A stretch of DNA of 62,182 nucleotides, filler included, from Rhabdomonas costata (lineage: Eukaryota): NCBI GenBank assembly GCA_019059605.1. It is 29 parts of 29 records of this genome, joined end to end, with 100 filler letters (N's around TTAATTAATTAA, not from the genome) between each part and the next. Parts side by side here need not be neighbours in the genome. Positions count along the whole stretch, not along the records: positions 1 to 2,049 come from JAHMHO010006092.1; positions 2,150 to 4,198 come from JAHMHO010006093.1; positions 4,299 to 6,345 come from JAHMHO010006094.1; positions 6,446 to 8,495 come from JAHMHO010006095.1; positions 8,596 to 10,643 come from JAHMHO010006096.1; positions 10,744 to 12,791 come from JAHMHO010006097.1; 23 more parts are not named here. One strand, 5' to 3'. Positions 1 through 11,665 of this stretch are shown here, piece by piece (the stretch's first letter is position 1; each line of letters opens with the position of its first letter). Made by a program: the position numbers and the translations under genes. The notes beneath the pieces are model-generated. The model ran no database searches and was not told where the DNA came from. It was given only the letters and a program-made list of their open reading frames with translations.

Positions 1-702
1 AGAAGAGTAAGGGCATATTTCAATGGTGAGGCAGTTGGGACAGGAGAAGAACCGTGAACACGTGACCACTACTCCAGGATGACTCAGTGTGCTCTCCGAA
101 CTGACCCAACGGTACTCAGTGGTTCAGGACCCGCCGCTTCGCCGCCCTCCGCTGCAGGCTCCAACAAAAGCACCACGATTTCGATCTTCGGCCGTGCCCA
201 AGCACTGCGCCGAGCAGGACCACGGTGGAGGAGCCAGCATCACACCTACTTTTGGCACCGTCGCACACACTCATGCACACATTTTCATCTCAGTACTGAG
301 AGCAATCACTTTCCAGGAGACTGTCATGAGCACAGGAGACCCTCTACAATTCGGAGGTGGGCTGTCGCTGCATGTGAAGCAACGGAATCAGCGTGGAAGA
401 ACAGGCGGTGTGCGAAGGGCGAAAGAGAACACCGGTAAATCGCACACACAGCTCGCACACACAGCGAAATTCGGGAGGAGTAAAAGGACACACTTTACGG
501 GACGCACTGATTTGTGTGGATGGATTGACATCCTTTCGCAGAGTTGACCAGGGGGATGTTTTTTCTGATGGTCCAGTGTTTTTTTTCTGATGGTCCAGTG
601 TGTTCTAACGCCTCGCAGCAGGCGGCGTGTGCTGTCCCGCGCGGGACACATACAAACACACACACACCAGCACAAAGTCCACGTTGTTCGTGATTTGCGA
701 GC

Positions 703-1402
703 CGTCATCAGGTCGACGTACTCCATCTGCTCCCGAGTCAGCGCAGTGTCGCCCAACAGGGTGCAGCACGACAGCAGAGCGTTCAGAGGGGTTCGGACCT
801 GCGGTGTAGCGTGGTGCATAAGGTCCAAAGTACAATGTGCGATGGCAACGCTGTCTAGCGCATTGAGGAAGTGGTGCTCAACCTTCAGAGCCTGATCAAC
901 AGCAGGGTCATCATTTTGGGGGGTGCGGACCTGCACTGAGGTTGACATGACTTCTGCCATTCGCAGAACTTGATATGATAGCTGCATGGCGGACAAAAAC
1001 GTTCACGTCGTTAAACCACTTAACCCCCACCCCCATGTCTTTCCACGGAACCATTCTCCCCGCTGATATACTCTCTTTTTGGAATTCATTCAGTGAGGCA
1101 TCAAAGGCAAAACGCCCAAGAAACCATACAACTGCGCAAAACCTGACCGCATGGGTCTCGTTAAGGGGTGCAGGGAGAGTACACAGACCTCGTGGGCAAG
1201 GTTGGCGACAGAGCCAGATTTCTCGCGGAGCTCCCCAACCTGAGACCGCAGCACACAGCTCTCATCCTTAAGCCGTTGACACTCCGTGTCAAGCTGGCCG
1301 AGTACACTCAGCAGGTGCTTCAGGTCATCCCGGGACCGCAGGGCAACCAACGACACCGCCAGGGTCCCGAACGATGGGAGGAGAGCCCCGCACACAATTA
1401 TC
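703..1402 (-). CDS. Membrane sensor histidine kinase, partial (TM + coiled coil + HisKA); exons 1402-1189 and 798-703
   Basis: Removing GT-AG intron 1188-799 gives SVANLAHE|VRTPLNALLSCCTLLGDTALTREQMEYVDLMT, a canonical HisKA H-box, after a hydrophobic segment (IIVCGALLPSFGTLAVSLVAL). The end of exon 2 is inferred (possible GC donor at 702). Confidence 0.88.
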
Positions 1403-2049
1403 CTGCGAAGGAATTTGAACGGAACTGAAGCGCCCTTTTTGGGGGGACAATGGCATTCACAACCTGTGGAAGTAATCACGGTGACCAGATTCAGGTTCTG
1501 TCGAGAGGGGAAAGCGGACGGACCTCCGCATTGCAAACAAATGGAACCTATCCCGTTGCCTTGCAGGTAAACGAGACGAGAGATGATGCTAAACACCAAA
1601 AACCACCAAACACCTCCAACTGGCACAGCACCGTGAAATTTAAACGCATGAAATGTTCAGCTCTCCACCCTAAAACCTCCACTCACCCACACTCCCACAC
1701 TGTGCTGGGTGTGAACCTCTACTCACCCACCCACACACTCTTTTTGCACTTCTTCATTAAGTAAGACCAACGAAAGCTGGGCAAGGAGGCCGAACCTGGC
1801 CACCCTTCGAAACAACGGATCTCTTTCGGATTTCTGTGAGCAGAGGCTTTCCTGTTTTCCTGAGGCCACCGTGACAATCGTGAAAGCACCATGTTGGGCA
1901 TCGTGCGCCTTCGGCCACCGTTTTCGATATTGTGTAACAACGTAAAAAGGGATTCAGTTTGCTACTGAATGCGTCTTAGTGAACTGTATTACATTCCTAG
2001 GACAAAGAGGAACGGTCCATTGAAGAGATCGGGCACATCGGCGTTGACA

Positions 2050-2149
2050 NNNNNNNNNNNNNNNNNNNNNNNNNNNNNNNNNNNNNNNNNNNNTTAATTA
2101 ATTAANNNNNNNNNNNNNNNNNNNNNNNNNNNNNNNNNNNNNNNNNNNN
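2050..2149. other. Artificial contig-joining spacer (N44-TTAATTAATTAA-N44), first of 28 identical spacers
   Basis: The same 100-nt spacer, with stops in all six frames, recurs about every 2.15 kb and splits the window into 29 independent contigs. ORFs in the track that run into X residues are artefacts. Confidence 0.99.
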
Positions 2150-2758
2150 GTGTGTGGGGGGGGTTGGGACGGCCTCAGGGACGCGGAGGCGCCCCACGGC
2201 ATTTGCCCCGCGAGCGGCTGACCTCACAGAAACTGCCAAGGCAAAACATACATGACGAACACAGATCACTGCAAGAAATAAGGGAGCAGGACTGTGTGTA
2301 TAGTGTGTTCTGCGTCCTCGTTGATGCATATGGGTGTATGGGTGTGACGACGTAGGGAGGACATGGATTGACGATCGCTGGCCGAAGCACGGCTGCCACT
2401 GCTGATGAGTCAGCCCTACGACCTTCCTGAGCCCGCTGTATTTTAAGAACGCCCTGTTTTGCGTGTACATCGATGTGGGTTCTGTGTCGCCAAGGCACTG
2501 GGATGTGTCAAATAAAAAAGGAGGTGGACGCTCGGCCTTGCCTGCGCTTCCATCGGTATTGCGGCGGGGTGCCTGCCGGGCATTGGAGGGTGCCATCACG
2601 GCCAAGGACACCACTGCGGCCAGGAACAGCACCGCTGCCATGGGAAACCCCCGTCCCCGGCGACCTCCGGTCTCCTGGTCCTCCTCCCAAGCGCCCTGCC
2701 CAGCTCTCATTCCCACCAAAAAGGTGCCGTAGCGCTCCCCAGAGTCATCCTCCGCCAT
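2150..2758 (-). CDS. Hypothetical type II membrane protein, N-terminal part
   Basis: ATG at 2758, GC-rich codons, a short tail then a single TM (AAVLFLAAVVSLAVMA). A probable intron lies near 2351-2223. The gene runs off the contig and the family is not recognised. Confidence 0.5.
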
Positions 2759-3860
2759 GACAGGATGCGGAGTGCGGGGGGTGTGGGGGTGTACGATTGA
2801 GTCAAATATTGGGGCCCCCTGGGATGGCTAGAAAAAGGAAAAAAGGTTGCGAACAACTGGCTGGCGAGAAGGAGAACGCAGAAAATACTTACAACACAAC
2901 CTTCAACAACGGCTTGCGGTCATAAAAATGGAGAAGTGGCAAAAACATTCTCCGGTGTTCAAAGTCCGGCGCACACAACAGCCGCACCGATATTAGGGGA
3001 GGAGTACGGGAGAACAGTACAGTTTGAGGGGAGGAATGTGGTGCACACGTAAATCGGAAACATTGCGCGCAAAAATCCCGTTCAAAATCCGGCTCCGAGC
3101 ATCCAACAGTGCAGATCTGATAGGTGTGGAAGGGTCAGTGCGGAGAGAGAGAGAGAGAGAGCGGATTGTGCTGAATGGGAAAATGTGCTGATGAGAGTAG
3201 AAGTCACGGCTTCACGCGTAACATACAGAATTGCAGGACCATATCCCTGCCTTCCATTCTGCCACGGCAGTGGCAAGCGAAATTCTGTCCTTCAACGTCA
3301 GAGGTCAGGGCCCGAGCTGGATAGCCCGTGCAAGAGCGTATCGCCCTTACCCTGGTGACAGCGATCCAAGGCTGAAGCGTCGTTTGTTTCCCCATACGTC
3401 CAAATTGCCACATGGCCAAATAATGGGACAATGCGAACCAACCAAACCATTCGAATCCCACCCCACCCCAGTGGCACGGAGCATTGAAGCAATAGAAAAC
3501 CTCCAAAGGCACTCAAAGCCGGATAAGTCCGCTCAAGGTTGTGAAAGTAGCACAAACCAAATCAAGGCCCCTCCCTCCAACGTGGAGGTGCAGCCTCCGG
3601 AAACACATTGGAAGCGAGGAGTGCAAGAAAAGGAAGGAAATGCAAAAAACCCTCCTCAAAAAGATGAAGGCACCAGAACAAAAGAAGCGCAAAAAAAAAA
3701 AAATCGGAGCCAGAGGCCCGGCGAAGTGAAAATCACACAGAACAACGGCAAGGCAAGATTTTCCATGAACAAACAATAAAAACTGGCCAATGCCCAGCTC
3801 TGAACCCGGTCATATCGAGGGCTGAACTGATCTGGTCATGCTCTCTCTCTCTCTCCAATC

Positions 3861-4034
3861 TTAGATATCCTCCAGCTTCTGTGCGGGGCCCTGTCCGCTT
3901 AGGGAGACGGGGGCCGCGGTGCGCAGGGAGTGCAGGAGGCGTCTAGCCTCGCGGCGGGTGCAGCACAGCCACACCGCCATCGCCGTCACCACAGCAAAAA
4001 CCCCGAACAACACGGAGCTGGAGATGTACAGGGC
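3861..4034 (-). CDS. Terminal exon of a membrane protein (TM + short tail)
   Basis: CACAG acceptor, then ALYISSSVLFGVFAVVTAMAVWLCCTRR...KLEDI-TAA. Not in the ORF track. Confidence 0.55.
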   Translation of the reverse strand, partial: ALYISSSVLFGVFAVVTAMAVWLCCTRREARRLLHSLRTAAPVSLSGQGPAQKLEDI

Positions 4035-5738
4035 CTGTGAGGGAGATCGTCGAACAGCAAAGGCCCACGCTGCACCGAATACCAGAAAAGCGGCATTGAG
4101 ATTACGACTTTCCTGATTTTTTTCTGATTGCTTTATGAACCGAACAACGATTTGGCCAAATTGTGGTCAGAGCTATCGTGTCCTATCCACAACAAAACNN
4201 NNNNNNNNNNNNNNNNNNNNNNNNNNNNNNNNNNNNNNNNNNTTAATTAATTAANNNNNNNNNNNNNNNNNNNNNNNNNNNNNNNNNNNNNNNNNNNNTT
4301 CGTGATGTTGCCTTTGCTCTATTCAAAAAGTATATTAGTCAATTTTAAAAGGACACCCGGTCTTTCATTATCATAACTTTCTTTCCACCGTCGATCCGAA
4401 AACACAGCCTCATTGTGCCTCTTTTCTTCTGTTTTTCCCGTTTAGCGGGAGTTCAGCGGCCGCAACCGCATTCGTTCACGGTGCTGTCACGATGTGGTTG
4501 AAGGCCTTGGCTCTTTTTCGTGCAAAGGAGGCGGGAGAAAGCGTTGGGCAAGCCAAACTCCTAAGCAAGGTCTGAGTATGGTCCGCTCATGAGCAGACCA
4601 CCAAGTTTTAATCGCTATTCTTTGGGTTTGTACTATTGTTCGCCACACGTTGTGGGCCACCAGAAGTACGCCGCAATGTACTCTCACACCCTCAATCGCC
4701 GGCAGACTGTCTTGCGGAATCGCTCTGATTGCCCCCCCCCCTTCTTTTTTCTTTGCAATTTTCGTCGACATCCCGGTTTCGAGGGTTTGGAGTAATGAAA
4801 TTCGGCACCTTTGCTTCGTGAATCGAATTTTTGTCCAATTGTGCTTGGGGGGGGTTGGCGGGGAGGGGCGCAGATTGCGTGCTCATTTTATACATTTGTT
4901 GAATAAACAATTTTGTCAGCCACCCTCTCGGCTGAATATGAATAGCTCTTTCCCCCCCTTTTCTTAAGGCTGCGCTTTCTTGCGAAATAGTGAAGGTCTC
5001 GGTGAAGGTGTTATGTCCTACCCCAGGTTAGTATGGGTGGCCCATCCAATGGAAGTAGTCTGGACCGCCGACCCGAAGGCTAACTGGTAGCACTGGCGGT
5101 AGCACTGGCCCTTTCCGTCGATTTTGCGAAGAAAAAGAAAGTTGCTCAACCCCCCACCACCCCACCTAAAATAATATTTTTTTACTCTAAAACGAAGTAT
5201 GTGTCGAGTCAAAGTCGGAAAAGGTGACCTATCTCTCCAATTTTTTTAGGGGGGTCGGGGAACACGAAAAAAAAACGCGATTTAGAGCTTCGAAACGACC
5301 GTTTTGATTTTTGGCCTTAACCCCCAAATTTCGACCCTTGCAAAGAACCACCGAAGCAGCGCTAAAAGAATTGCTATTTCGTTCAGTCTCGGTGCTACCT
5401 TGTAAGGGTCGAAAATGGAGTTTCCAGTGTGAAAAATGACCTCTCCGAAATCGGCCCAACATTGCGTTTTTGAGGTCGTTTATGCCGAAAACCCGTCTTG
5501 AAGCGTATTTGAGCGTTTTTTTGAGCCTTCTGCAGCGGATTTTTGAGGCAACTTTCGATGAAAATTGCCCTTTTGGCGTTATTGTAGGCGTAAACGGCGG
5601 GGGGGGGGGGTCAAAATGAGGGAATTTCAACTCCTCTCCTTGGGTGAAGTAGATTTTCCTTTGGAAAACCAGCAAGCCGGGGAGAGGGGTCCCCCCTCCC
5701 CGGAGCGGATGAAAACCACAGGGCGACTAGTCACGTGC

Positions 5739-5791
5739 CCCTCGTTTCATTACTGGACCCCTTAGCTCTGCGCCCGGCGCGCAGCGCCCTT
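5739..5791. repeat. 53-bp dispersed hairpin-containing repeat, copy 1
   Basis: 50/53 identical to 15067-15119 on another contig; contains a GC-rich stem-loop. Confidence 0.9.
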
Positions 5792-6020
5792 TTTTTGTAC
5801 CTTGTCGGATCTGTTTTGGTGTCTCCACATCCACCTGCTCGTTTTTTTTGTGCGATTACAATTGACTGCACGCGCTGCAGCAGCAGCAGCAAAAAATCCA
5901 GTTTTTTTTGCCTGACTTGAAAAAAGAACGCTGAGTTCCTCTATCTGAGTCTTCCGACGGGTTTGGTATTTGCCCATTCAAGTTTCGGTTTTGTTCGCAG
6001 CACCTTCCTTCTTCCTGAAA

Positions 6021-6154
6021 ATGTACGGGATGAGTGGTGGATATGGTATGGGGGGGTACGGGATGGGGATGGGCGGCATGACTCCCACGGAGAGGCTGGA
6101 CGCCATGGACGGACGGATGGACGGACGCTACTATGGCGCTCCCATCATAAACTC
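6021..6154 (+). CDS. Small Gly/Met/Tyr-rich protein with LDAMDGRMDGRYYG motif, exon 1
   Basis: A pyrimidine tract and AG at 5988-6000 precede ATG 6021. Translation MYGMSGGYGMGGYGMGMGGMTPTERLDAMDGRMDGRYYGAPIINS, then donor GTATGC at 6155. Confidence 0.7.
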
Positions 6155-7924
6155 GTATGCCCGAATCCTTTTCTCTCATTACCTCTACGGCATTTTTTTA
6201 CTGTGTGTTCTTTCAATTCTCCGGGTAACACAGCATGGCTGGCGGTTTTTTGGAAGGTGTGTTTCATTGCTTGACGTTTTCACTGCGGCTGCTGCGCAGA
6301 TATACCGTGCCGCAAACGCTAACTCCAACGCCCGTCACCAAAACANNNNNNNNNNNNNNNNNNNNNNNNNNNNNNNNNNNNNNNNNNNNTTAATTAATTA
6401 ANNNNNNNNNNNNNNNNNNNNNNNNNNNNNNNNNNNNNNNNNNNNTGTTTGTTGTTTTCCTTCCTGTATTGCCTTCTTTTGGCCGCGCGCTTTGCTTTTG
6501 TGGATGGTTTTCTTTTGTTCCTTGCTGTTCAACACTTGATATTTGGTTTGGGTGACTCTGGGTGGCTTTTTCTCTTTTCATCTTTGGTTGTCGCCAGTGC
6601 TGAACTCAAGGCATGCCGAGCAATGAGTTCACGCACTCTGAAAAACAAGCAAAAACACCCCGTGTATGCCTCCTCATTTTTTTTACACTGAACCAAAGAA
6701 AATTAGAGGACACGCCTTTCAAAGCACTTTGTCGCAGGAATTTTTTTGAAGACAACAACGTCGTGGGGCTGTGGCGGATGTTTCAGTTGCAGAGTCGATG
6801 TCACCAGACAAACACAGGCCGAGCTCGAGGCCTCTGTGGAACCTTGGAATCTGCCGCTGTACCGTACATACCGTTTCCGCTGCAACACTGGTTACCACCA
6901 TACATTCAGGCATGCAAGAGTTCACTGTGCCTTCAAGTGATTTCAGCCTTTTTTTTCTTACAAAAAAGGCTTCGCGGCAGGTTGTACGAGTGAGTGGCGC
7001 GGTCAGAGGTCTGAGCTGCACGCCAGCCGAGGGAGGCCGCACGGAGCTGGCTGGGGAGCGAACACGCCGCCCCGCCCCGACACAGGCCTCGCTCAGGCTG
7101 GGGTCCGTCGCGATCCACTGCGGGGTCTCTGGCCTCCTGTGCACACCCGCACGGGTGGGGCAGAAAATGGATCCCAGTCGAGGGCACGCCGAAGAACGTT
7201 GTTTCTTTTGAACACTACACTATATTTGCTTTGCCACTGAACAAGCGAAAAACGGTTGGCACACGCCTCTCCACTGCGAAAGCCGGCAAAGCAAACTCCT
7301 GGGGAGTAAATCATTTGGCATTTGGTGATTCGAACCTCGATCCAAGCTTTGGCAAGGCCCCAGAGACAGAGACAGTGAGAGGGAGAGACGAAATTCCACT
7401 TTCAGTGAGGGCCTGAACCTCTGGTGAACGTAACGCGTGTTGCCGCCCACAAACCCGTACACCTTGGGTTCTGGCGCCACCGGCCTTTTGGCTGTGACCT
7501 CCTGTGGTCCCCCCCTCCGCATGCAAACTTAAGAAAGTAAGCCAAACCAACAGTGCAGCTGCTTTGGCAGAGGCCTGAGCGCGGAGCAACTTTCAGACAC
7601 CAAATGGCAGGAGAGGTTAAAAAAGGGTTGGCGAAAAACGCAGAACCAAATATCAAGCGCAGAAATGACAAAGAAAATACCGCCTGCCTTAGGTGGTGCC
7701 TTTGCATGATGCTCCTCAGGCCCGCCCGCAAGGACCGCTGCCTCGGGTGCCCTGGTTTCCGGGCATTGCTCCCTGTCCGCCGAAAGTTCGTCCTGTTTCA
7801 CGAAAAAAAAGATTACAAGAAAAGAAACGAACTTTTGCCAACCTCCCGAAAAGATGCGGGGTGTTAATCACACAGAGCTCACTCAATAGCTCACTCAGTC
7901 CGTGATTTTGACCTCACTTGAAGA

Positions 7925-8012
7925 GAAGTAGGCCTGGTCTTTTGTATGAACAGCAAACAGCAGGGTCAGGGGTTTCCTGACCTTTTCCTTCGGTTGTGGT
8001 GCCGCTTCTTGC
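7925..8012 (-). repeat. Dispersed ~90-110 bp repeat, copy 1
   Basis: Reverse complement matches 41895-42003 (AACCGA.GG..AAGG.CAGGAAACCCCTGACCC ... CAAAAGA..CCAGGCC..CTTCT). Confidence 0.7.
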
Positions 8013-8323
8013 CCCTCGCAGCGGAAAGCTTACGACAGTACTCATAACGTACATTACAAAAACGGGCGGCATGGTGGGTGGGGGTACGCACAAGCTCATC
8101 AGCGCCTTCAGGGACCCCGACGGATCCTGAAAGCCAGAAACCCCCGCGCTGGCGACCTGTGTGCACCGAGAACGGGCTCGCGGAAAAAACAAGGAAAACT
8201 AGACAAAGTCAGCAGGAACACGTTTGAAGACTGAACTTGCTTTCACGCCAGCAAGAACCAAAAGAAAGGAAAGGAAAAGAAAGGAAAAGAAAGGAAACGC
8301 CTTTGTCAAAACGTCATCCGGAA

Positions 8324-8490
8324 CATACCATACCATACCATACCATACCATACCATACCATACCATACCATACCATACCATACCATACCATACCATACCA
8401 TACCATACCATTCCTTTCCTTATATCATATCATATTCCATTCCATACTATACCATTCCATACCATACCATACCATACCATACCATACCAC
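8324..8490 (+). repeat. (TACCA)n pentanucleotide microsatellite
   Basis: Perfect array 8324-8410, then degenerate copies to the contig end. Confidence 0.97.
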
Positions 8491-9042
8491 CACACNNNNN
8501 NNNNNNNNNNNNNNNNNNNNNNNNNNNNNNNNNNNNNNNTTAATTAATTAANNNNNNNNNNNNNNNNNNNNNNNNNNNNNNNNNNNNNNNNNNNNGGACA
8601 CCAGATACCACCTGGAAGGAATCCCAGAACAACGACAATGAAACACAACAGCAAAGTCTGTCAGTAAACTTGCTCAAAACCGCCCCCTAAAGCTGCTCCA
8701 ATCGACGTGGCTTCTTATTCAATGCAATGTATCCGATTCATTCTTCATCGCACAATTGGTCTCTGACGACTTTCCAGTGCAACTGTAACAATGTTGAAAA
8801 CGGGGCGCAGGTGGTGAAAAAAATCGAAGGTAGACTTTGATCACAGTTTCTGGTATCGTCACTGTCCATGCTTTGGGGCATTGACTATTGCGGTGCTGAT
8901 GGCACGAGTGGCTAACAACAAATCGCTGTTGGCACATCCAAGAACCGCGGCCCAAGGCGAAGGCGGAGGCAGGTTCGCCGAGCGGATACCGAGGTATCGA
9001 ACCACACTGCACAACTCGAATCTTTTAGAGAAGCTCTTCAGC

Positions 9043-9603
9043 ATGCACCTCAACGCGGAGGCGCCCGAGCGTGCCGTTGAGCAGCTGGTGGCGGAAATTC
9101 CGCCGCAGACCAACTTTTTGGTTGTCGACGACATCGCGACCAACACCCGAGTGCTGACCCTGACCCTCTCACGGCACGGGCTGAGCAACGTGAGGACGGC
9201 ATCCAGTGGCGCTGAGGCTGTGGAGGCCGCCCGTTCCGCCCAGCCTCCCTTTGACGTGATCTTCATGGACGTCAACATGCCCCAGATGTGCGGGATGGAA
9301 GCCACCCGGAAGATCCGTGAAGGGGTGTGCCCCGGTCGTGCGGGGCCGGTGGTAATCGGAATCACAGGGGACGTCCGCGCGGCCACAGCAGAGGCCTGCC
9401 TCGCCAGCGGGATGTCGGCTGTGCTGGTGAAGCCTCTGAATGCGGAGAAAATGCTCTTCGAGGTTGCGCGAGGGCTGAAGGCGCGGATGAGCTGCGGGGT
9501 ACGGACCTGTCAAGCTGCTGAAAGAAGCATCTGCCTCGCAGGTATCCTACGCGAGGTTCAATCCAACGTGGACTACTTTGCCTGCGTTGAATTCGGAATA
9601 TAG
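9043..9603 (+). CDS. Response-regulator receiver domain, probably the C-terminus of a hybrid histidine kinase
   Basis: FLVVDD...FDVIFMDVNMPQMCGMEATRKIR...VIGITG...GMSAVLVKP has the acidic pair, phospho-acceptor Asp, Thr and Lys-Pro (domain ~9112-9470). Exon boundaries are uncertain. Confidence 0.93.
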   Translation: MHLNAEAPERAVEQLVAEIPPQTNFLVVDDIATNTRVLTLTLSRHGLSNVRTASSGAEAVEAARSAQPPFDVIFMDVNMPQMCGMEATRKIREGVCPGRAGPVVIGITGDVRAATAEACLASGMSAVLVKPLNAEKMLFEVARGLKARMSCGVRTCQAAERSICLAGILREVQSNVDYFACVEFGI

Positions 9604-11280
9604 AATAAGGAGGCCTAGCCTGAGGTATATACTGTTAACCCTGAGATTGCCCGTGTTTAGCCCGTGTTTGCGCGTTTTTGCCTGTGTTTCGCGCGCGTAC
9701 ACGTGGACAAGAAAGACAATGGGTTCAGCACGGGCACAGGATACGGTGGCAAAAAGGGTGGTGAGCTGAACGCGGATTTAATGAATGGTCAGAGAACATT
9801 TGCTCATGAGTCACGAAAAGTCAGGAGATTGTCGGAATCTTCTCTTTTTGCTTTGTTATGGTGGTGAGGTTCCCCAGGACCGGAACGCTTCCGTCTGTCT
9901 CTACCCTAAAAGCCATGTAAAGGCCATTTTTATTTTCATGATGCTTAGAACACCAACAAAAAAAATTTGGTTTAGCTTTCCGCGCACAGGAAACCATGCT
10001 TTTGCCCCTAATCCCTTGAGTCACAGAAAACCTTAGACTTCTTTCTGCTGGCGCCTTGACGGGCGTGGACTGACCGATTGCATCCAAAGACATACTTTGC
10101 TAGTGTGCACTCGCGCGGTATGGTATACAAATGGCACGTATACGCACTTCCTTTTAATTTTCCCTCGTTTGTCTTTTCTTAGGAAGTTATGTTGAGACCA
10201 GGAAGAGTTAACCGCTAGTGCCAGAAGTCCGCCCACTTCATTCAAGTTCTCGTTTCTGTCGTGCGACGCTTGCTGGTGCTTTTGTTATTTACTCAGTGCC
10301 CGTAGAACCCTCTCCAATGAGCACAGCAATTGCAATGCACACCGAAAATAGAAGGTTCTTGTCTTTGAAATACTGTCACGTGAGACACATTTTTCTCCGC
10401 ATGCCAAGACATATATTCTCTGTATATTCAGTTTTGTACCGCTTGTATTGCTTGTAAACTTCCCTTATTTTTCTGACGTGCCGTTTTCCCGCGCACTCCT
10501 TTGGTTCAACTTTGCCCACGTTCACTGCGCTATCAACCAGACCACTCACCTCTTCCCCACTCTTACCTTTCAGCAAATCCCGACCCCTGCTTCGGGTTTT
10601 TCCGTCTTTCTCCTGTACTCTCTCACTTCCACCCACCACCCACNNNNNNNNNNNNNNNNNNNNNNNNNNNNNNNNNNNNNNNNNNNNTTAATTAATTAAN
10701 NNNNNNNNNNNNNNNNNNNNNNNNNNNNNNNNNNNNNNNNNNNGGGTGGTTGTGCCGTTGAGTGAATTGAAAAAGGCATGAGGTGCGTGTCAGAGCCTGG
10801 AAAACCACGATTCTACGTGGACCTTTTTTATGTGCCTTTCAGGCTGTCACAAAGCATCCTTGGTGGTTTTGCGAAGTCTTGCTAACCAATCACTTGTTAT
10901 CTTTGCGCAGAAGTTGCATCTGTTCCCACATTAACTCCGGACTCCAGATTTTCACATTATACGCTGAGGGGAAATTGGGAGATTTGCAGAGTATATTTAA
11001 AAGTTTTTTTTGAATTGAATATATTTCATTTATTCACTTTTGGGATTTGCTCAATTATTTCGAGGACGCCGGCACAGTGGACCTTACAAGGTCTAAGCTT
11101 TGAGTGCTTTTGGGGACTGCACGACTGATAGGTCATGATGTGGGAATATTCTGAGAGAGGACTTTGTATCAGCGTTAGAAAGAGGCGCCACCACGCGGAC
11201 CTTCCCATCTCCTGATTCTCTCGGGGAGAGACTGGTGCTGTCCCATGCTCTCCCCACCCACTCCATCTCTCTTGCCACAG

Positions 11281-11451
11281 GGCCTGGGAAATTTCGTCTC
11301 TGGGGACTTGGAGGAGGCGACGCGGTGGTTTGAGAACGCTCACCGCACGGTGCCCGAAGATGGCCCCACTCAGGTTCTGTTGCAGCTGTGTCGGGCTGGA
11401 CGGACCCCGGGCACGACGTGGGATGGGGTGATCCGGTTTGAGCAGAAATGA
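11281..11451 (+). CDS. Terminal exon of a class III adenylate/guanylate cyclase-type protein (TPR-like ...WDGV...K tail)
   Basis: CCACAG acceptor, then GLGNFVSGDLEEATRWFENAHRTVPEDGPTQVLLQLCRAG...WDGVIRFEQK-TGA, matching the GL..F..G....A...F......P.D.P.....C....WDGV....K tail of bacterial-type cyclases. The catalytic domain is not in the contig. Confidence 0.75.
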   Translation, partial: GLGNFVSGDLEEATRWFENAHRTVPEDGPTQVLLQLCRAGRTPGTTWDGVIRFEQK

Positions 11452-11665
11452 GTTGTGCCAGTAGGCGTCCCTTCATTAAAATGAGCCACTCCATTTACCT
11501 AGCGGATTGCATTTGTCATTTCCGCTTCCAGTTGTTCGTTGAGAGAACGTGACGTCCCTTTTCATTTGGGTTGGTGTGGCTCTTTCGGTGCGTATTGCTT
11601 GCTGTCGCCGTCGCATCTTTTGACCGCGGAGCGCTCACTGCAGGGTCCGTTCCCATTCCCCATCC

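Noticed and set aside
2094..2105. TTAATTAATTAA recurring every ~2.15 kb, resembling a regular repeat array or CRISPR
   Set aside because: It is embedded in N runs and is an artificial six-frame-stop contig linker.
8199..8551. ORFs with MVWYG / YHTIP peptide repeats
   Set aside because: They are translations of the (TACCA)n microsatellite.
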